This document shows, one piece after another, positions 1 through 15,020 of a stretch of 64,000 bases of DNA. The stretch lies in the NCBI GenBank assembly GCA_035221665.1, contig JAVHYY010000494.1, positions 1-64,000 on the forward strand. Reading direction: 5' to 3'. This DNA comes from Okamejei kenojei (Eukaryota). The first letter of the stretch is position 1. The number at the start of each line of letters is the position of its first letter. A model generated the notes under the pieces. That model saw nothing but the letters and a program-made list of their open reading frames with translations. It had not been told where the DNA came from and ran no database searches. Position numbers and translations under genes: made by a program.

Positions 1-169
1 CCCCTTTAACAGGCTTATCTTGATTAACTTATTTTTTTTATATATTTTCTCTTTCCTTCCTTTTCAAATCCCGGGTAAATGTATATAGTCTTGCTTTCCC
101 CCCCCCCCCCTATCAGATGTTGTTTTTTCTATTTGTGAGGTGCGGTTTGCTTATCAGATATATAATCCT

Positions 170-202
<33 letters not shown>

Positions 203-3200
203 ATATATTAATTTTTCAAGCCAAGGAAAGATTGTTCCGGATGTTGGGGAAGTCCAGGAAACGGGTCACAGTTCAAGGATAAGGGGGAAGTCTTTTAGGT
301 ACCGAGATGAGAAAAGCGTTTTTCCACAGAGAAATAAGGTGGTTTGAATTGTGGAATTCTGCTGCCACAAAAGGTAGTGAGGCAAGGTTCGTTGGCAATA
401 TTTAGAGGGAGAGTTGGTGTGGCCCTTGTGCTGGATGGGATCGGGGGGTTATGGAGAGAGGCAGGTACAATGAGATGTGTTGGATTTGTTCAGCCATGAT
501 CATATTGTAATGGCGGTTCAGGCTCGATTGCCGAATGCTAGTCTGCACCTATTTGGTTTTTGTATGTTTCTATGTAACTTAAAGTCAGATAGATCTGCAT
601 TTAATAACCTCCTGACTCCTTTATATTCAATGCCCATACATGCAAAAATGAAAATAAATATGGCTTCTTTATCACTTTACCTAGTAGTGTGTCCATCCTA
701 GCGATAGTATTGGGACGTGGATATGTCACATTCCTCTACACCTCAATGATGTTAAGAGCGTTGTCATTTAATATATACACTCTCCTTACATTCAACCGCC
801 CCAAAAAATAAATGTATTCAACACTTCGCACTCACTCTGGATAAATTCAATTTGCCATTACTCTAGCATTCTTCAGTATTCCATAACGCTCCGGTTTTAC
901 TGGGCAGCATTACCTCACTGTATGAAAACTCCTAAAATATTGCTGCTGTAAGAAGAAGTCACAACAAAATCATCTACCTTTATGTCAACGTCTCACATCT
1001 ACTTTAAAGTTTCCCCAATTACCTTTGATTTTAGTGTTTATCAGGAGGGTAGACTATTATCTGCATGGTGGCCGATTAGGAAAAGTTGCATGAGATGCAA
1101 CGAGACCTGGGTGGCATTGTACACCAGTCATTGAAACTAGCATGTAGTTGCAGCAGGGATGTGAATAAAGCGAATGGTATGTTGCATTCATAGCAAAAGG
1201 TTTTGAGTACTAAGAGCAGGCGAGGTTTACTACAGTTGTACAGGATCTTGGGGAGGCCCACACTGGAGTATGGTACGGTTTTGGTCTCTTAATCTGAGGA
1301 AATACATTCTTGCCATAGAGGGGAGTACAGAGAAGGTTCACCAGACTGATTCCTGGGATGGCAAGAATTCCATATGATGAAAGAGTGGATAGACTCGGCT
1401 TGTACTAGCTGGAATTAGAAGGGTTGAAGGGGGTTCTTTATAGAGACGTACACAAAAGTATGGAAGGTTTAGATGCAGGAAGATTGTTCCGTTGTTGGGG
1501 AAAATCCAGAACAAGGGGTCACAGTTTAAGGATAAGGTGGAAGTCTTTTATGGGCCGAGATGAGAAAATCATTTTTAACAGAGCGTGGTGAATCTGTGGA
1601 TCCTTCTGCCACAGAAGGTAGTTGCGGCCAGTTCATTGGCTATATTTAAGAGGCAGTTAGATGTGGTCCTCGTGATCAAGGATCAGGGGCTATGGAGAGA
1701 AGGGCACGTACAGGATACTGAGTTGGATGATCAGCCATGAAACACATTAAATGGCGGTGCAGGCTCGAAGGGCTGAATGGCCTGCTCCTGCACCTATTTT
1801 CTATGATTCTATGATTCTATGAAAGTATTGGCTATAGGTGAAGTGTGCCAGATGTAGGGAATATAGACGGGTTGTAGATACACAGAGTCTTTTGCCCAGC
1901 GAATCGACTACCAGAGGACATAGGTTTAGGGAGAAGGTAACCCTATTCAATAGAAATCCGTGCGGAAACATTTTCACACAAAAGGGTAGTGGGTATGTGG
2001 AACAAGCTGTCAACAGGAGGTAGTCGAGTCTGTGACTTTCCCATCGTTTAAGAAACAATTAGAAAATCTACTTCATGGATAATGAAGTCGATTTTCAAAG
2101 GCTACAGAGAAATTTGGGCCGTTTGGAAAAGTGGGCTGAAAGATTGGCAGATGGAGTTTAATGCTGTTAAGTGTGATGTGCTAATCTTGGCAGGACAAAT
2201 CAAAATAGGACGTACATGGTAAATGGTAGGGAAATTGAGGCATGCTGTGGAATCAGAGGGATCTAGGAATAACTGTGCATAGTTCCCTGAAGGTGGAATC
2301 GCATGTAGATAGGGTGGGTAAAAAGCCTTTCGTGTGCTGGCCTTTATTAAATCAGAGCATTGAATATAGGAGCAGGGAAGTAAAGTTAAAATTGTACAAG
2401 GCATTGGTAAGACCAATTCTGGAGTATGGTGTACAATTTTGGTCGCTAGTTATAGGAAGGATGTCAACAAAATATAGAGAGTACAGAGAGATTTACTAGA
2501 ATGTTGCCAGGGTTCCAGCAACTATGTTACAGAGAAAGGTTGAACAAGTTAGGTCTTTATTCTTTGGAGCGCAGAAGGTTAAGGGGGGACTTGATTGAGG
2601 TCTTTAAATGGATGAAATGGGATTAGACAGAGTTAAACGTGGATACGTTTTTCCCATTTGAGGGTAGGGAAGATTCAAACAAGAGGGCATGATATGAGAA
2701 TTAAGGGACAGAAGTTTCGGTAGGTAACGTGAGGGGGGACTTCTTTACTCAGAGGGTGGTGGCCGTGTGGAATGAGGCTTCCAGCAGAAGTGTGGTGGAG
2801 GCAGGATCGATGTTAACATTTTAAGAGTAAAGTGGATAGGGGGGGTTTTATATGGGCGGGGACCTATGAGGGGTGCCGTGTTTGTCTGGTTATTTTTTGA
2901 GTGTTTTTTGATCTTTTTAGTTTATGTGGTGATGTTTATTTTTTAATATATTTAATATTATATATTCTATTGTTTTTATTTTTTTATTTATTATTATTTA
3001 TAATATTATTTTATTTATATGGACGTTGAAGGGGAAGGTCTGAGTGCAGGTGGATGGGACTAGGGCGAGAAAACAAAAATGGTCGGCACGGACTGGAAGG
3101 GTCAGAGAGGGCCTGTTTCCGTGCTGGTAGTTGTTATATTTTATATGTTATATAGTTATATAGTTAGACAGGTACATGGATAGGAGGCATTTTGAAGGGA

Positions 3201-3989
3201 TATGGACCAAATGCAGGCAAGTGGTACTAGAAGATAGACGAATAGAGAATGCTGCAGGAGTGGGCCATTCGACCCTTCGAGCCAAGCACCACGATTCAAT
3301 GTGATCATGGCTGATCATCCCAATCAGTGGCACGTTCCCGCCTTCTCCCCATATCTCCTGACTCCACTATTTCTTAGAGCCCTTATATAGCTCTCTCTTG
3401 TAGCATCCAGCGAACCCGCCTCACGCCCGCTGAGGCAGATAATTCCACATGACTCGCCTACTCTCTGTGAGAAAAAAGTGTTTCCTCTTTGTCCGTTCTA
3501 AATGGCTTTACTCCTTATTGTTTAAATGTGGCCCCTGGTTCTGGTCTCCCCCAACATCGTGAACTTGTTTCATGCCTCTTGCGTGTCCAGGCCCTTGGAC
3601 AAACTTATCTCTTTCAATGAGTATCCTCTCATCTTCTAAACTCCAGAGTGAAGAAGCCCAGCTGCTCATTCTTTCTGCATATGACTGTCCCGCAGCCGGG
3701 AATTAACCTTGTACACCTACGCTGCACTCCCTCAATTAGCAAGAATGTCCTTCCTCAAAATTAGGGGATCAAAACTGCACACAATAGTCAGGTGTGGTCT
3801 CACTAGGGCTCTGCAAACTGTAGAAGCACTTGGTTGTTCCTATATTCGATTCCACGTGTTATGAAGGCCAGCTTGCCATTCGCTTTCTTCACTGTGTGCT
3901 GTACCTGCATGCTTACTTTCATAGGTCTGACGTACAAGGACCCCCAGATCCCGTTGTACTTCCCCTTTTCCCAAAATGACGTCATTGGA

Positions 3990-6900
3990 TAATAATTAAT
4001 AATAATAAATAATAATATATAATAATAATTATAATAATAATAATAATAATAACTTTATTACGGACTCAAGTCCAGACAAGGGGCAACATTTACATTAAAA
4101 ATGCATTGCATGTCAATATCATAAATATATTTAAAATCATGGTAAAATCACATAAAACATCATAATTTATATATTTAAAAAAATAACCCCACAATACGTA
4201 GTTAAAAATCCAGAGTAAAAAAAATGATCAATGTCGTACAACGGAGGACAACGATAGAGCCATATACCATAACCATATAATCAATTACAGCACGGAAACA
4301 GGCACCTCTCGGCCCTTCCAGTCCGTGCCGACCATTTGTTTTCCCCTAGTCCCATCTATCTGCACTCAGACCATACCCCAACATTCCCTTCACGTCCATA
4401 TACCTATCCACTTTACTTTTAAAATGTTAAATAATCGATCCTGCCTCCACCACTTCTGCTGGAAGCTCATTCCACACAGCCACCCCCCTCTGAGTAAAGG
4501 AGTTTCCCGCTTACGTTACCCTAAACTTCTGTCCCTTAACATAGAAACAGAAACATTAGAAATTAGGTGCAGGAGTAGGCCATTCAGCCCTTCGAGCCTG
4601 CACCGCCATTTACAAACATGATCATGGTGATCATCCAAACTCAGTATCCGTTCCTGCCTTCTCTCCATACCCACTCTGATCCCCTTAGCCACATGGGCCA
4701 CATCCAACTCATCTCTTAAATATAATTCTCATTGTCTTGCCCTCTTGTTTGAATCTTCCCTACCCTCAATGGGAAAAAGCTTATGCACGTAAACTCTGTC
4801 CTATCCCTTTCATTCATGTTTAAAGACCTCAATCATGTCCCCTTATACCTTCTGCGCTCCAAAGAACTAAAGTAACTAACTTGTTCAACCTTTCTCGGTA
4901 ACATAGTTCTGGAACCCTGGCAACATTCTAGTAAATCTCCTCTGTACTCTCTCTATTTTGTTGACATCCTTTCTATAATTAGGCGACCCAAATTGTTCAC
5001 ACTACTCCAGAATATTGGTCTTACCAATGCCTTGTACAATTTTAACATGTACTTCATTTCATATATCAATACTCTGAAGTTTATAAAGGCCAACACCCAA
5101 AGGCTTTCTGTGACCACCCTATTTTACATGCGATTCCACTTCGGGAAAGATGCGTTATTCCTAGATCCCTCTGATCCACAGCAATTTCCTTTCACCATTA
5201 CCATGTACGTCCTATTTTGATGATTTGGCCTGCCAAATGTAGCATTAAACAGCCTATTTTAACGCATTATACTCCATTCTGCTACCCAAATTTTTTTAAC
5301 CACCCACTTTTCCAAATGGACCAATTTCTCTGTAGACTTTGAAAGGTCTACTTCATTATCCACATACACCACCTATCTTAGTATCATCTGCATACTTACT
5401 TATCCAAATTTTCCATCCCATCATCCAGATCATTGATGTACATGACAAACAACAGTGGACCCAACACAGATCCCTGAGGTACCCCCATGGTCACGGCTTC
5501 CAACCTGACAAACAGCCATCCACCATTGCTACTCCGCCATTAACAATCAAAATATTGAACCTTCTTAACCAACCTTTCCATGGGGGAACCTTGTCAAAGG
5601 CCTTACTGAATCATATAGACATCATCCACTGCTTTACCCTCATCAATTTCCCTAGTTACCGCATCAGAAAATTCAAGAAGGTTTGTCAAACATGGCCTTC
5701 CAGGCCACGTGATGTCTGTCCTGATCAGACCCTGTTTATCCAGATGCTTATATATATTATCTCCAAGTATCCTTTCCATTAATTTTGCCCACCACTGACG
5801 TCAACTAATAGGTCTATAATTGCTTAGGTTTATTCTTTGAACCCCTTTTAAACAATGGAACAACATGCGCAGTACGCCAATCCTCTGGCACTATTCCCGT
5901 TTCTAATGACATTTGAAATTTTTCTGTCATAGCTCCTGCTATTTCTACACCAACTTCCTTCTATGTCCTAGGGGAATATCCTGTCGGACCGGGAGAGACT
6001 TATCCACCTTTTATATTTTTCAAAAGTGTCAGTACTTCCTCCTCTTTGAATCTCATAGTTCCATAGCTACTCTACTTTTTTCCCTTACTTCACAGAGTTC
6101 AATATCCTTCTCCTTGGTGACTACCGAAGAAAAGAAATTGTTCAATTATCTCCCCCATCTCTTTTGGCTCTGCAGATAGCTGTCCATTCTGTTTCTCTAA
6201 TGGTCCAATTTTATCCTCGTTATCCTTTTGCTATTAATTTAAACATAGCTGTAGAAAGCCCTTTGGGATTTACTTTCACCTTTCTTGCCAAAGAAACCTC
6301 ATTCTTCTTTTAGCCTTCCTAATTTCTTTCTTAGATTCTTTTTTACATTCTTTATACTCCACTAGCAACTCATTTATCTACATGCCTCCTATAATTATGT
6401 AGATATCTCTCTTTTTCGAAACAAACGTGTCCAATTTCCCTGAAAACAATGGCTCTTTCCAATTTTTACTATTCCTTTCAACCTTAAACAGGGACATAAA
6501 GATTCTGTACTCTTACAATTTCCCTTTAAATGTCCTCCATTCTCTTCTTACATCCTTCCCATGAAACAAAGTGTCCCCCAATTCACCCCTTTAAAAATCC
6601 TTACCACATTCCCTCAAAGAGTTAGCCTTTCTCCAAATCAAAAATCTCCACCCTAGGTCCAGTTCTGACTCTCTCCATAATTATATTGAAACTAATGGTA
6701 TTGTGATCACTGGTCCCGAAGTGCTCACCAACGCATACCTCCGTCACCTGACCTGCCTCATTTTCTAACAGGAGGTCCAACACTACCCCTTCTCTGGTCG
6801 ATACCTCTATGTACTGCTGCCAAAAAAACTATCCTGCACACATTTTACAAAACTCCAAACCATCCAGCCCATTTACAGAATGTGTTTCCCAGTCTATTTT

Positions 6901-9900
6901 TGGAAAATTGAAATCTCCCACAATCACTACCTTGTGCTTACTACTAATATCCGCTATCTCCTTACATATTTGCTCTTCCAATTCTCGCTCCCCATTTGGC
7001 GGTCTATAGTACACCCCTAAAAGTGTTGCTAGACCGTTCCCACTTCTCAGTTTCACCCAAATAGCCTCCCTAGACGAGCCATCTAATCTATCCTGCCAAA
7101 GCACTGCTGTAATATCTTCTCTGACAAGCAATGCAACACCTCCCCTCTGGTCCCTCCAATTCTATCACACTGAAGCAACGAAATCTGGAATATTTAGTTT
7201 CCAATCACAGCCCTCCTGCAGCCAATGTTGCACTGATTGCCACAACATCATATTTCCAGGTTGTCAATCCAGGCTCTAAGTTCATCCACTTTACTTTCAA
7301 TGCTCCTAGCATTAAAATATACACATTTTACAAACCCACCATCCCTTATTCTCTGTCTATTATCTTTTTCATCTTTCTCGCCTACATTTTGTGTCCGAGT
7401 GCTTTCCCTTCTCTGCCTCTTGCCCCACACCCTGACCCCTAGCCCCTCTACCCGAGTCCCTCCCCCCAGCCTTTCTAGTTTAAAGTCTCCCCAGTAGCCT
7501 TTGCAAATCTCCCTGCCAGGATATTTGGTCCCCCTCGGGTTCAAGTGCAACCCGTCCTTTGAGTACAGATCATGCCTTCCCCAAAAGAGGTCCCAGTGAT
7601 CAAGAAACTTGAATCCCTGCCCACTGCACCAGTCCCTCAGCCACGCATTTATCCACCACCTCATTTCATTCCTACTCTCACTGTCGCGCTGCACAGGCAG
7701 TAATCCTGAAATCGTTACCCTTTTGGTCCTTCTCCTTAACTTTCCCCCCAACTCCCTAAATTCTCCCTTCAGGACCTCGTCACTTTTTCTGCCTATGTCA
7801 TTGGTACCTATGTGTACCACAACATCAGGCTCCTCTCCCTCCCTTATCAGAATCTTTTGGACACGTTCTGACACATGCGAGACCCTGGCACCAGGGAGGC
7901 AAACTACCATCCGGGTCTCCCGACAGCGTCCACAGAATCGCCTATCCGACCCCCCAACTATAGAGTCCCCTATTACAATTGCCCTCCTCTTTTTGCTACC
8001 CTTCTGAGCATCAGGGCCGGTCTCTGAGCCGGAGGCCCGGCCGCTGTTGCTGCCCCCAGCTATGCTGTCCCCTCCAATCGTACTCAAACCCGAGTACCTA
8101 TTTTCCAGGTGTACGGTCACAGGGGTACTCTCTAGCCCTGTCTCTGCCCCTTACCCTTCCTAACTGTGAGCCACTTGTCTGCCTCCTGTGGTCTGGGAGT
8201 GCCTACCTCCCTGTAGCTCCTCTCTATGACCTCCTCACTCTCCCTGACCAGACGGGAGGTCATCGAGCTGCTGCTCAGGTTCCTAACACAGTCCTTTAGG
8301 AGCCCCATCTCGACACACCTGGCGCAGATGTGGACGTCTGGAGGGCTGTCAGATTCCCTGACCTCCCACATCTGACATCCAGAACAGTACACTGCCCTGG
8401 CCTTCATACTCCCCCCTTACACAGGATACAATATCAACACAATATAAAATCACTACAAACTGCTGAAATCTGACTGTAAATCAGCTGTTTCCCCTGGTCC
8501 ACTTCCCACCAATCAGCTGCTTACCCTAGTCCACTTCCCACCAATCAGCGGCTTCCTGAAAAAAAAACCCTTCTCCAAATGGGACGTTATGGATTTCGGC
8601 AAGCCCCGCGCTTGATTTTAAAGCTTACTGGTCGGGTGTCGATCCTCCCCCTCCTTCACTTCCAACGGCTCCTGTGGGCCTCTGAAGAAAACAAGCCCCG
8701 TGCTTGATTTTAAAGCTTACCGGTCGGGTGTCGCTCCTTCCCCTCCTTCACTTCTAACGGGTCCTGTGGGCCTCTGAAAAAACAAGCCCCCGCGCTTGAT
8801 TTTAAAGCTTACCGGTTCGGGTGTCGCTCCTCCCCTCCTTCACTCCCAACGGCTCCTGTGGGCTTCAGTGGGATACCAGTGTCTCCACAACTGGGATTCG
8901 TAGCGTGAAGTGCTGACCCTTATGTTTGTCAAGGCCACAATAAGCACACTTTTAGAGTCATTTATCCTGCAAAAGGATTTATACATGTGGTGTCTTAGGA
9001 TAGCTTCTAAAGTACTGACTCCTGCAGCCACAAACATAATACTGGCACTACACCATCGTGGTTGCCTTAGCAATGTTCTCATGGCATCGTTATATGCAAC
9101 CTTTAGTCTCTGCATACTTGTCTTTAAATAGTTCGACCACAGGTGCGCAGTGTAGAGGGGTGTGCCACTATGCTCTAAATAGGGACATCTTCACCACATC
9201 TGCACACGCACCAAATTTAAGCAAGAGGATATTCGCCTGTATATACAGCATGCGTCGTTGCCTATAAATATCCTCATCATCTGTCATTTGTTCTGTAATA
9301 ATATGCCCTAGATATTTTATCTTATTACAGACACTAAGATTGTTGTCAGACAATTTAAAATCGGGATATTTTAGGCTTTTTATCCTCTTTGGTTCTACAG
9401 ACCATAACAGCACTCTTACTAGCATTATATTTAATGTCATGTTCCAAACCATACACGGAACATGCAGTAAGGAGCTGCTGGAGACCAGCGCGAGATGGAC
9501 TAAAGACCACAAGATCATCTGCATTCATAATATGGTTCACTAAAATATTTACCAATCACGCACCCAGTGTTACAGGCTTTGAATTGTTTAGACAAATCAT
9601 CAATATATAGATTAAAAAGGACTGGGGATAAAATTCCCCCTTGTCTAAGACCATTGCTAACCCCAAATGGGGCTGAGACCTTATTGCCCCATTTTATTTG
9701 CATAGTCTGGTGGGCCAGTATTCTCACAATGTATTTAGGCACCTTTCTTTGACGCATTTTACCAAACAGCTTTCAGTGAGTAACACGGTCAAAGGCTTTG
9801 GGAGTATCAATAAAGCACATAAGGATTGAAGAGTTTTTGCCTCTATATTTGTTTACAATCTCCTTTAGGGCATATATGCATAAGTCAGTGCCATGTTTAG

Positions 9901-10468
9901 CTTTAAAGCTAAACTGGTTATCTGTGGAGTTAACAAAGTCATGTATTCTATCCAGCAGAACTCTTTCTAAGACTTTTGACAATATTCTGGCTAAAGCTAT
10001 GGGCCTGTAATTATTTTGACTGCCTACTTTACCCGCTTTGTCCTTAATAACCGGCACTAACAGGACAGACAACATTGAGTATGGTAACATGCCACGAATC
10101 ATAAAGCCAGTAAAACAAATAGCTAGGAGAGGAACTATCCTCATACTCGCACACTTAAGATGTTCAGCAGAGATATGATCCAAGCCACTTGCTTTGTTGT
10201 TGGACAGCTTGTTTATGGCATGATACACCTCATGTGACATAATCACAATCGAGTCATTACTCTCAATATTGCCCACCCTATACAAGTCACCTTGGACACA
10301 GTTGAATAAAGTACTATAATGATATTAGCCGTTCCGGAGATTCCATCTACAGTACATGGTAGAGATGTTTTGCAACTGCCAAGAGCTCTCACTTCCTTCC
10401 AAAAATATGTAGCATTGTTACTTAGCAGATTCTTAGCCATGGAATCAGCCCTCATAGCTTGTTCATTG
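3990..10468 (-). mobile_element. Duplicate copy of the same non-CR1 LINE
   Basis: Same RT ORFs (9773-10285, 9515-9757, 9168-9524, 8840-9115) and (aat)n tail at ~3990-4052. Confidence 0.78.
4258..8876 (-). mobile_element. Duplicate copy of the full-length CR1 (indel-rich)
   Basis: Colinear with 54053-58617; ORF1 is split into 8132-8407 and 7248-8120 by single-base indels. Confidence 0.88.
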
Positions 10469-13400
10469 GTAATCTGCCTTACTGTTTTTGCTACCAAAGT
10501 GGATAACCTCACATTTATCCGCGTTAAACTTCATCTGCCATCATCTGCCCACTCCCCCAACCTGTCCAAGTCACCCTTCATTCTCATAGCATCCTCCTCA
10601 CAGTTCACACTGCCACCCAGCGTTGTGTCATCTGCAAATTTGCTAATGTTACTTTGAATCCCTTCATCCAAATCATTGATGTATATTGTAAATAACTGCG
10701 GTCGCAGCACCGAGCCTTGCGGTACCTCACTAGTCACTACCTGCCATTCTGAAAGGGACCCGTTAATCCCTACTTTTTTTTCCTGACTGCCAACCACTTC
10801 TTGATCCATGTCACCCTCAATACCATGCGCCCTAATTTTGCCCACTATTCTCCTATGTAGGATCTTATCAAATGTTTTCTGAAAGTACAGGTACACTACA
10901 TCCACTGACTCTCCCTTGTCCATTTTCCTAGTTACATCTTCAAAAAATCCCAGAAGATTAGTCAAGCATGATTTCCCCTTCGTAAATCCATGCTGACTCG
11001 GACCGATCCTGTTACAATTATCCAAATGTTTGGCAAATTCATCTTTTACAATTGACTCCAGCATCCTCACCACCACCGATGTCAGTCTAACTGGGCTGTA
11101 ATTCACTGTTTTCCCTCTCCCGCCTTTCTTAATACGTAGGATAACATTAGCTACCCTCCAATCTACATGAACTGATCCTGAGTCTAGAGAACATTGGAAA
11201 ATTATCAATGCATCCACAATTTCTGGAGCCACTTACTTAAGTACCCTGGGATGCAGACCATCAGGCTTGGGGATTTTATAAGCCTTCAGTCCCATCGGTC
11301 TATCCAACACTATTTACTGCCTAATGTGGATTTCCTTCAGTTCCTCCGTCACCCTAGATCCTCTGGCCACTACTATATCAGGAAGATTGTTTGTGTCCTC
11401 GTTAGTGAAGACAGATCCAAAGTACCTGTTCAACACATCTGTTATTTCCTTGTTCCACATAATAAATTCGCCTTTTTCGGTCTTCAAGCGTCCAACTTTG
11501 GCCTTAAATATTTTTTTCCTCTTCACATACCTAAAGAAGCTTTTAATATCCTGCTTTATATTCTTGGCTTGCTTACCTTCGTACCTCATCGTTTCTTCTG
11601 GTATTGTATTTCTAGTTATCTTCTGTTGTTCCTTAAACTTTACCTAATCCTCTTGCTTCCCGCTCATCTTTGCGACGATGTACGCCTTCGCTTTAATTTT
11701 TATACTGTCACTGACTTCCCTTGTCAGCCATGGTCGTCCTTTTCTCCCCTTGGAATCTTTCTTCCTCCTACGAATGAACTAAGCCTGCACCTTCTGTATT
11801 ATTCCTAGAAACACCTGCCATTTATGTTCCACTGTCATCCCTGCTAGTGTATCTTTCCAATCAACTTTGGCCAGCTCCTTCCTCATGGTCCCATAGTCCC
11901 CTTTATTCAACTGCAACACTGGCACCTCCGAGCTACACTTCTCCCTCTCCAATTGTAGAATAAACCTGACCATGTTTTGGCCACTGCGTCCTAATGGATC
12001 ATTAACATCGAGGTCCTTTATCAAATACGGTTCATTACAAAAACACGAAATCCAGTATTGACTTCTCCCTGTTAGGCCCCAATACAAGCTGTTTCAAATA
12101 ACCCATCACTTAGGCACTCTACAAATTCCGTTTTTTTGGGGTCCTGAACCAACCTGATTTTGCCAGTCTAGCTGCATGTTGAAATCTCCCATAAGGACCA
12201 CAGAATTACTTTTACTTCTTGCCAATTTTAACTACTGATTCAACTTGCGCCCTATGTCCAGGCTACTGTTTGGGGGCCTGTAGATTATCCCATGAGGGTC
12301 TTTTTACCCTTACAATTCCTTCGTTCTATCCATACAGACTCCACAACTCCTGTTTGAATGTCACCCCTTGCAAGGGACTGAATTTCATTCCTCACCAACA
12401 GGGCAACCCCCCCCCCTCTGCCCATCGTTCTGTCTTTTCGATAGGATGTGTAGCCTTGAATATTCAGTTCCCATCCTTGGCCCTCTTACAGCCATGTCTC
12501 AGTAATTCCCACAACATCATACTTGCCAGTTTCTAACTGAGACACAAGCTCGTCCACTTTATTCCTTATGCTGTACTTCGCGCATTCATATACAGCACTT
12601 TTAACTCCATATTCACTCCCCCCTCGCACCATTCGCAATTGTCCATAACCTTACTCTGTTGTCCATTCTCGAGCTTTCCTTCCCATTAATTCGAGAATCT
12701 TTTGCATTTTTTCCTGTAGCCACTTCCCCCTCAACTACATCTTTATAATCCCGATTTGTCAATCCCTCCCCCCAACGGTTTAGTTCAAACCCACACGTGT
12801 AGCCCTAGCAAACCTGCCTGCCAGAAGGTCGGCCCCCCTCCAGTTAAGTCGGTCCACTTAAGTGTAGCTGGAATATTGTTGGCCGGTGTGGCGAGTTGGG
12901 CGGAAGGTCCTGATACCACACTGTATCACTCTATGACTCTGTGATTCCATGATGCTATGTACGGTAACAAATCAATTTCCGCATTTGCCTTTACGTTCTC
13001 CCGGAGGGCAAACATTTGAACACCTCTTCCCATTCCCATATAAACCCTTCTGCCGTTGTCCTCCTCAACTGTTAGAGCGAGGCCACGTAATCAATGAAGC
13101 ATGTCGTATGTCGCATATCTCCCTTTCTCTCACTCTCTCCCGCAACCTAGTCATCATACTAGTTGTACTGCTCGCAAATTTGTAGTTGTTTGTTGCCACG
13201 TATTTCACAGCCAACTCAGGATACTGAGTTGGATGATCAGCCATGATCATATTGAATGGCGGTGCAGGCTCGAAGGGCCGAATGGCCTACTCCTGCACTT
13301 ATTTTCTATGTTTCTCTGTTTCTAACAATGGGCAATTATGGGCTAATTTATTTATTTGTTATCGTCCCTGCCTTGTTCTGGCCCACTCTTGCTTCCAGTG

Positions 13401-14169
13401 GCCCTGCCCTATTTCGACGGAAGAGTGATCCTGACCAGACACGTTATCTATCCTTTTCCTCCAGAGATACTGCCTGCTGTTCATTTGCTGTTAAGCGACA
13501 GTAAGCCGCATAATGTTTCCCCGATACCACAAAATTGAGGCTGGTGGAAGGTTAACTTTGTACCTACCCATTTCTCCCCTCACTCGCAATCTGCGAAGCA
13601 AATAAAATAATCTGTCAATTATGAATTAAAATGAAGATATCTTGTTCTAAAAAAATAATCATCGCTCGTGCATTCTTATTAACAAACCACTTATTAATAA
13701 ATTAAGTGATAATACACTCCTCCAGCTGTCCATATGTCAGCTCTGCCAACATTATCATGCAGCATCCCCTCACCGGGACATGTTTAGTCGTGGATTCCGT
13801 GAAATGTAAATCTGAGCGGAATTATTCTGTGATGGGGAAAATTGTGAACTATATTTCTCGCCATTTAGTTGGCACAATCGGAACGAACTGTCCCTTGTAC
13901 GACCAGTGTGTTTATTTGAATGCAGCAGCCTCCATAGTGCAAATGGCTTGAATTCATTTGGTAAAGTCTTACCTTCTCCGCTGTTGTCCCCATTGAAAGT
14001 ATGTTGCATGTCCCATCAATATTTTGTTGATTCTCCCGATCAACTCTACAAAGCCTTACTATGTGGGATTTTTACAACTTGCTGATCTCTCGTGAAACGA
14101 ATTTAGATGTTTATTTCCAGCTAAATAAAGGTAAAAATTGGTTGTATGAATCTTTTATATTTTTATTTC

Positions 14170-15020
14170 AGCTCCACGCTTATTCCAACGCTTTTTCGCG
14201 CAGGTCCGAGGGGGGTGGTTCACGTATCGATCGCATGTACATCTCCGGAGCTTATGTCCCCCGTGTCTCGTGGCCTCCTTGCGGCCGGTACCGTGCTCGG
14301 ACCACTGTCTGGTGTGAGTGGACTTTATACTAGCGCGCACACCAGCTGGGTCAGCGTTACGGCACCTTAATAACCAGCTGCTGGAGGATAGCCGATTCCA
14401 AGAGTCCTTCTGTCGGTTATGGGTGAAGTGACGAGAGAGGCGGAGGGGTATTCCTTCCCTTAGGCAGTGGTGGGATGTGGGAAAGACTTACATGATTTGG
14501 TCAGGAGTTCACGTCGGGTTCGATCAGAAGGCGGGTCGCAGAGAATTAGTCAACACAGAGTCTCGCTTGGGTCGGATAGGTGAGCACTCCCGTGAGTGGG
14601 AAGAATATCATGAGAGGAAGGAGGCACGGAGGGACCTGCAGCTTCAGCGGTCCCGAGATGCTTACGTGAGGTCGCGAGTCCAGATGCTGCACGATCTAGA
14701 CCGTGCATCACCTTTATTTTTCTCTCTGGAGAAATGGTTCCTCGCGGATGACGGCTCCTTTGTTAAAGATCCAGAGAAGATCAGTGCTTTAGTTCGGTCA
14801 TTTTTTGGGTCTCTGTTCTCCTCAGATGGATTCAGCGGGAAGACAAGCCGGTCCAGTGGGAGGGTCTACTGACTGCAGATAGAGAGTTGTTTGAACTCGT
14901 TGATGACCACTTTTCATTGGAGGAGTTGCCTACATTGGAGGAGGGGCAAATCCCCAGCCGGTTTGGCAGACGGTAGAGTTTTCTAGGATGTCCTGGGGGT
15001 GACTACATGAAGGTCCTGGG
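14170..15020 (+). mobile_element. Tx1-like LINE fragment (endonuclease C-terminus and linker)
   Basis: GSRIDRMYIS...CSDHCLV, WWDVGK, AYVRSR...FFSLEK motifs; paralogous fragments at 46360-47040 and 63910-64000. Confidence 0.75.

Larger units (their letters stand above)
3240..12850 (-). mobile_element. Duplicate copy of the older CR1 host element (3240-3989 and 10469-12850)
   Basis: Colinear with 53045-62590; ORF 10531-11232 is identical to 60273-60974. Confidence 0.78.

Noticed and set aside
1-3020. Poly-Pro ORF 117-347 and AT-rich insert at ~2840-3020
   Set aside because: Homopolymer or low-complexity sequence absent from the cleaner duplicate copy; probable read errors.
8600-8865. Repeat array resembling CRISPR
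   Set aside because: Whole ~91-bp units repeat with no unique spacers; it is a CR1 5' UTR in a vertebrate genome.
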